IMG/VR virus record: IMGVR_UViG_3300049167_000081 | Span: 1-47,930 of that record | Length of the DNA: 47,930 nt | Reading direction: 5' to 3' (one strand) | Origin: a virus | Lineage: Duplodnaviria; Caudoviricetes | In this document: piece by piece, positions 44,369-47,930 of the stretch | Layout: each line of letters opens with the position of its first letter | Position numbering within the stretch: position 1 is the first letter of the stretch | Position numbers and translations under genes: made by a program | Notes under the pieces: model-generated | What the model was told of the DNA's origin: nothing | The model's input: only the letters and a program-made list of their open reading frames with translations | Databases searched by the model: none

Positions 44369-44529
44369 GGTTGTGACTGGGCATGGCTGGGGTCGTGACT
44401 GTGCAGGTCAGGCTTGTGATGCGGGTCGTGATGGGTCGTGACGCCATAACGACCTCAGCCCCGGAATCACGACCTCGTCACGAGGTGCGTCACGACCCTG
44501 ACCTGCGGCGTCACAACGGCGTCACGACC
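44369..44529. repeat. clt-like array of 9-bp GTCACGACC repeats in inverted halves
   Basis: 5 copies of GGTCGTGAC type then 6 of GTCACGACC type, immediately downstream of the traB-like gene. Confidence 0.75.
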
Positions 44530-44540
44530 TGCCTGGCGTC

Positions 44541-46586
44541 CTAAGGCCGGGTTTCGCCAGTGATCTGGCGGATGGTGTCGAGCTCATAGCCGCGGGCCCC
44601 GCCGGTGATCTGGCGAGTGGTCACGTCGACGTCAAGGCCCATCGCGTCGACGGCCTTCTTCAGCTCGCTGGCAAGGCGCTGGGCGGCTGCCCGACGGGCC
44701 TTTGTGTCGTCCATGTCGAACAGTTGACGCCCCCAGGTTTCCGGGGCGACGCGTGCGAGGTACTCCCAGATCTCGACGGTGGACAGGAACTCGGCGTCGT
44801 CGGCGGCAGCGAACGCTCCGCGGGCCATGGTCACGATCCGCGGCAGGTCGGTGCGAAGCCTGTCGGCGTCAGTGGCGCCGAAGTGGTCCAGTCCGGCTGC
44901 ACGGAGGCTGTCAGCATCCACAACCGGGCGGCCGGCTGCGGCTCGCTCCTTGGCACGCTCGAGAGCAGCCTGGCCATCAAGGAACAGGAACTTGTGGATC
45001 AGCGGCTCCCGTGAACCGCAGCCCATGATGTAGGCCTTGCTCGCATCCCTCAGGTCTTCGCCGATCGCTTCGCCCTCCGCGGGGTGCAGTCGGTCGGGTC
45101 GCCAGCCGTTCGCGCCGGCGCCCTGCCCGAAGACCTGCTTGACGTCCTGATGCCGAGACGGGCCGACGATCTTCAGGGCGATGCTGTCCGCGATAGCGGC
45201 GCCAATGCTGTCGGCGGTCGCCTCCTGGGCGGCGATGACGAGCTGTACGCGGGACTTGCGGCCGACGCGCAGAATCTTGACCGCGAGCTCCTTGGCCCGG
45301 TCGGACAGCTGCGGGTACTCGTCGAGGAACAGGACGATCGCCGGGCGCTCGGGAGACGGTTCCCAGTTCTCGCCCATGCCGAGCTCGGCGAACAGGGTCG
45401 GCCGCGCCTTCGCAATCTTCAGGGCCTGGTCGAGGATGGTCTCGATCTGGCCCATGTTGTCGTCGCCGATCGCCCGGACTCCGAGCGCGTGGGCGAGCGG
45501 GGCGAGGCCGTTACCGCCGGGGTCGAGGTCGCCGACGAGGACGTCGTCGCAGGCGGTGAGCGTGTCGGCGAGGGTGCGCAGGATGACGGACTTGCCGCCG
45601 CCCGAGGAGGCGACGACGACCACGTGCACGCCGAGCAGCGATGCTTCGAACTGCTGTCCGTCCATGCGGTAGGCGACGACCTGCTTGTCCTTCATGCGAC
45701 GGCTGTTCGGCTTCCGCTCAGGCGCCTGCGGCATGTTCGCGAACGGGTCGGTTTCGACGAGGCGGAGGATCACACGGCCGCGGGATGCCCGCTCTGGCTG
45801 GCACAGCAGCCCGTCCTCGGGAAGGTCGAGCGGCGTCTCCAGGTCGGGCGCCTTGGTGACGATGTCGGCCGGCTTGCCCTTGGAAAGCTGGACGGTGACC
45901 TCCCAGCCCCACGCGTGGTGCTTGTGGGCTTCGACTTTGGCGACGTGGATGCCTTCGGAGAGGAGGGCGCGGCGGACGCATTCGGCGGCTTCGGTGCGGG
46001 TGCGGGCGTCGGCGATGGGGAACGGCTCGCCGTCGGCGGCGCCGATCTCGATGACGCCCGGGTCGGTGGCGGCTTCGATGGCGGCGGGGCTTCCCTTGGT
46101 GGCGCCGTAGACGGCGGTCGCCATGCCGAGTGCGATCGATGTCCACAGCCCGCCGGCGGCGACTCCGACGCTGGCGGGGGCGACGGTCGCGGTGGCGCCG
46201 ACGGCGGTCTTGATGGCGTACCACTTGCGGTGCTGCTTGTAGGCGGACCGCAGGGCGAGGACGTTGGCCTTGGCCGCGGCCTGGGCGTCGAACGTCTTCG
46301 CTGCCTTCAGTTCGGCGCGGGCGGTGCGGATCATCTGCGGGTAGTCGTCGCGGTATCCGTCCCACCATGTGCGGGCGAGCCGGCCGTAGCCGCGGAACGT
46401 CCAACCGACGTACAGCCGGTTGTCGACGGCGTGCCGCTGGGCGGCCTGCAGCCGGGCGGTCTGGGACTCGATCCAGGCGGGCCGCTGCTCGTCCTGGTGC
46501 TTGACGACGACACCCTCGAGCGGGTCGGGAACGAGGCTGAGCGCCGGCCGGTCGATGGTCTGCTCGGTGTACGGGGCGGTGGTCAC
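44541..46586 (-). CDS. traB: TraB-like FtsK/SpoIIIE conjugative DNA translocase
   Basis: N-terminal hydrophobic pair, ASSGGGKS Walker A, LFLDEY Walker B, GRKSR, AAQ, GWRPDRL, C-terminal winged helix ending RGY. Confidence 0.82.
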   Translation of the reverse strand: MTTAPYTEQTIDRPALSLVPDPLEGVVVKHQDEQRPAWIESQTARLQAAQRHAVDNRLYVGWTFRGYGRLARTWWDGYRDDYPQMIRTARAELKAAKTFDAQAAAKANVLALRSAYKQHRKWYAIKTAVGATATVAPASVGVAAGGLWTSIALGMATAVYGATKGSPAAIEAATDPGVIEIGAADGEPFPIADARTRTEAAECVRRALLSEGIHVAKVEAHKHHAWGWEVTVQLSKGKPADIVTKAPDLETPLDLPEDGLLCQPERASRGRVILRLVETDPFANMPQAPERKPNSRRMKDKQVVAYRMDGQQFEASLLGVHVVVVASSGGGKSVILRTLADTLTACDDVLVGDLDPGGNGLAPLAHALGVRAIGDDNMGQIETILDQALKIAKARPTLFAELGMGENWEPSPERPAIVLFLDEYPQLSDRAKELAVKILRVGRKSRVQLVIAAQEATADSIGAAIADSIALKIVGPSRHQDVKQVFGQGAGANGWRPDRLHPAEGEAIGEDLRDASKAYIMGCGSREPLIHKFLFLDGQAALERAKERAAAGRPVVDADSLRAAGLDHFGATDADRLRTDLPRIVTMARGAFAAADDAEFLSTVEIWEYLARVAPETWGRQLFDMDDTKARRAAAQRLASELKKAVDAMGLDVDVTTRQITGGARGYELDTIRQITGETRP

Positions 46587-47866
46587 TTCGACTCCTCGGA
46601 GGCGGCGGTACGGGCGGTGATGGCAGCCTGCTTGCGGGCGGCCGAGACGTACTTCGGGGTGTCGCCCTTGCGGCGGACTCCGGGCCTGGCGGGGGGCGTG
46701 TAGCGACGGGTCTTTGATGTGGGGGGCATTTGCGATGCACGCTGCGCGTTTGTGACCTTGCTGGGCGTGCTTCCGGGGGCTTCGGAGCGGGCCGCGAGAA
46801 CGCGCCGCTCCGCGATGTTCCGGCCGCGAATGATGTCGACGGACTCGCCCGGCTCGACACCCTCGATGTCAATGTGGGCACGCCGCCACACGGCGTTCGG
46901 GTCGGTTTCGCCGAGCGCGGCGGCCAGGCGTCGGGCGTGAGCCCACACCTTCGGGAACTCCTTCTCGCGGAGCTCCGCCAGCTGTCGCGCGGCCTCGGCA
47001 GCGGCCTTCTCCTTCGCCTCCTGTTCGGCTGCCACACGCTTCTCCTCGGCGGCCTTCGCGGCTGCCTCCTGCTTCTCCTGCGCCCGCTTCGCCTTCCGCT
47101 CGGCGCGGGTGAGGGCACCGTCGCGCTTCCGGATCCGACCGTGCTCGTGGAGGTCCCACACACCCGGGCCGGCGACCGACGCGAAGGCTGTGCCGACGGC
47201 GGTGGCGATGTCGAAGGCGTGCAGTCCGTGCCACAGGTTGATCCCGGCGGCGATGAATGCCAGGCACCAGGCGATGGCCCGGTAGTGCCAGTGCGGGCGG
47301 TTGGAGGCGACCGCTGCGGCGGCGCCCTTGAGGACGACCCAGGCGCCGCCTTCGAGCATCAGCGGGGCGACGATCAGCCACGGCGCGGACGGCGACCAGA
47401 ACGCCGCGATCTGAACGGGGAGGGCAACGATCGCGCACACGATGTAGAACCCGAGCGCGTAGGTGCGCCACCGACCGTCCGCGGTCTCGACGTCGGCTGC
47501 AGCAGCGGCCGCGGCTGCCTGCTGCGCGGCGGCTAGCTGGTCGGCTTCCCAGGCCTTGCGCTCGATCTCGGCCTGCTCGGCTTTCTCGGCGGCGATCTTC
47601 TTGTCGTGCGCGGCCTTCTTCTCCTCGAGGGCCATGCGCTGACGCTCGTTGATGAGGCGCTGCTTCTCGGCGTCTTCGCGGGCCTTGACGCGGATGGCTT
47701 CCGCCTTCGCCTCGGCCTCGATGCGGCGGGCCTCAACGTCGGCGGCGGTACGGGCGCGGATCGCCTCGGCCTCGGCATCCGCGATGCCGGCCCGCGCCCA
47801 CGACTCGGCGTGCGAGGTCTCGGGCAGCTTCGTGCCGTTGACCTTCTCGATGGCGGTGCTGCTCAC
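46583..47866 (-). CDS. Spd-like (DUF2637-type) coiled-coil membrane protein
   Basis: coiled coil, four TM segments (GINLWHG), coiled coil, basic tail; GTGA-coupled to traB. Confidence 0.68.
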   Translation of the reverse strand: MSSTAIEKVNGTKLPETSHAESWARAGIADAEAEAIRARTAADVEARRIEAEAKAEAIRVKAREDAEKQRLINERQRMALEEKKAAHDKKIAAEKAEQAEIERKAWEADQLAAAQQAAAAAAAADVETADGRWRTYALGFYIVCAIVALPVQIAAFWSPSAPWLIVAPLMLEGGAWVVLKGAAAAVASNRPHWHYRAIAWCLAFIAAGINLWHGLHAFDIATAVGTAFASVAGPGVWDLHEHGRIRKRDGALTRAERKAKRAQEKQEAAAKAAEEKRVAAEQEAKEKAAAEAARQLAELREKEFPKVWAHARRLAAALGETDPNAVWRRAHIDIEGVEPGESVDIIRGRNIAERRVLAARSEAPGSTPSKVTNAQRASQMPPTSKTRRYTPPARPGVRRKGDTPKYVSAARKQAAITARTAASEESK

Positions 47867-47930
47867 GGCGATTCAGTCCCTTCGGGGTTAGGCGGGCTGG
47901 CGGTGGCGGGGGGCGGGGATGCGGATGGTC

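Noticed and set aside
44369-44529. Possible CRISPR or mini-array
   Set aside because: Units are 9 bp with 1-13 bp gaps and switch orientation; no spacers or cas genes

Overview
High-GC actinobacterial (Streptomyces-type) temperate siphophage, nearly a whole genome and apparently circularly permuted, with no host housekeeping genes. Left arm (minus strand) holds early and replication genes: DnaB, DNA methyltransferase, DnaC-like loader, initiator with internal iterons, WhiB, SLOG protein, RecT/YqaJ, Xis-like and Cro-like. Then come a divergent repressor and a tyrosine integrase whose stop codon overlaps an intact attP carrying the last 43 codons of what looks like uppP/bacA. An accessory block follows (XRE, RHH, DUF6233-like, Ku, a second Cre/Xer-like recombinase, lipoprotein), then lysis, tail, head and terminase genes on the minus strand. 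The right end carries a Streptomyces plasmid/AICE-type transfer module: a TraB-like FtsK ATPase, a Spd-like membrane protein and an 11-copy clt-like repeat array. The most notable inference is an element that could integrate, replicate as a circle, conjugate and package into virions. All calls are from reading motifs by eye; no database searches were run and many start codons were re-chosen using RBS and stop/start overlaps.
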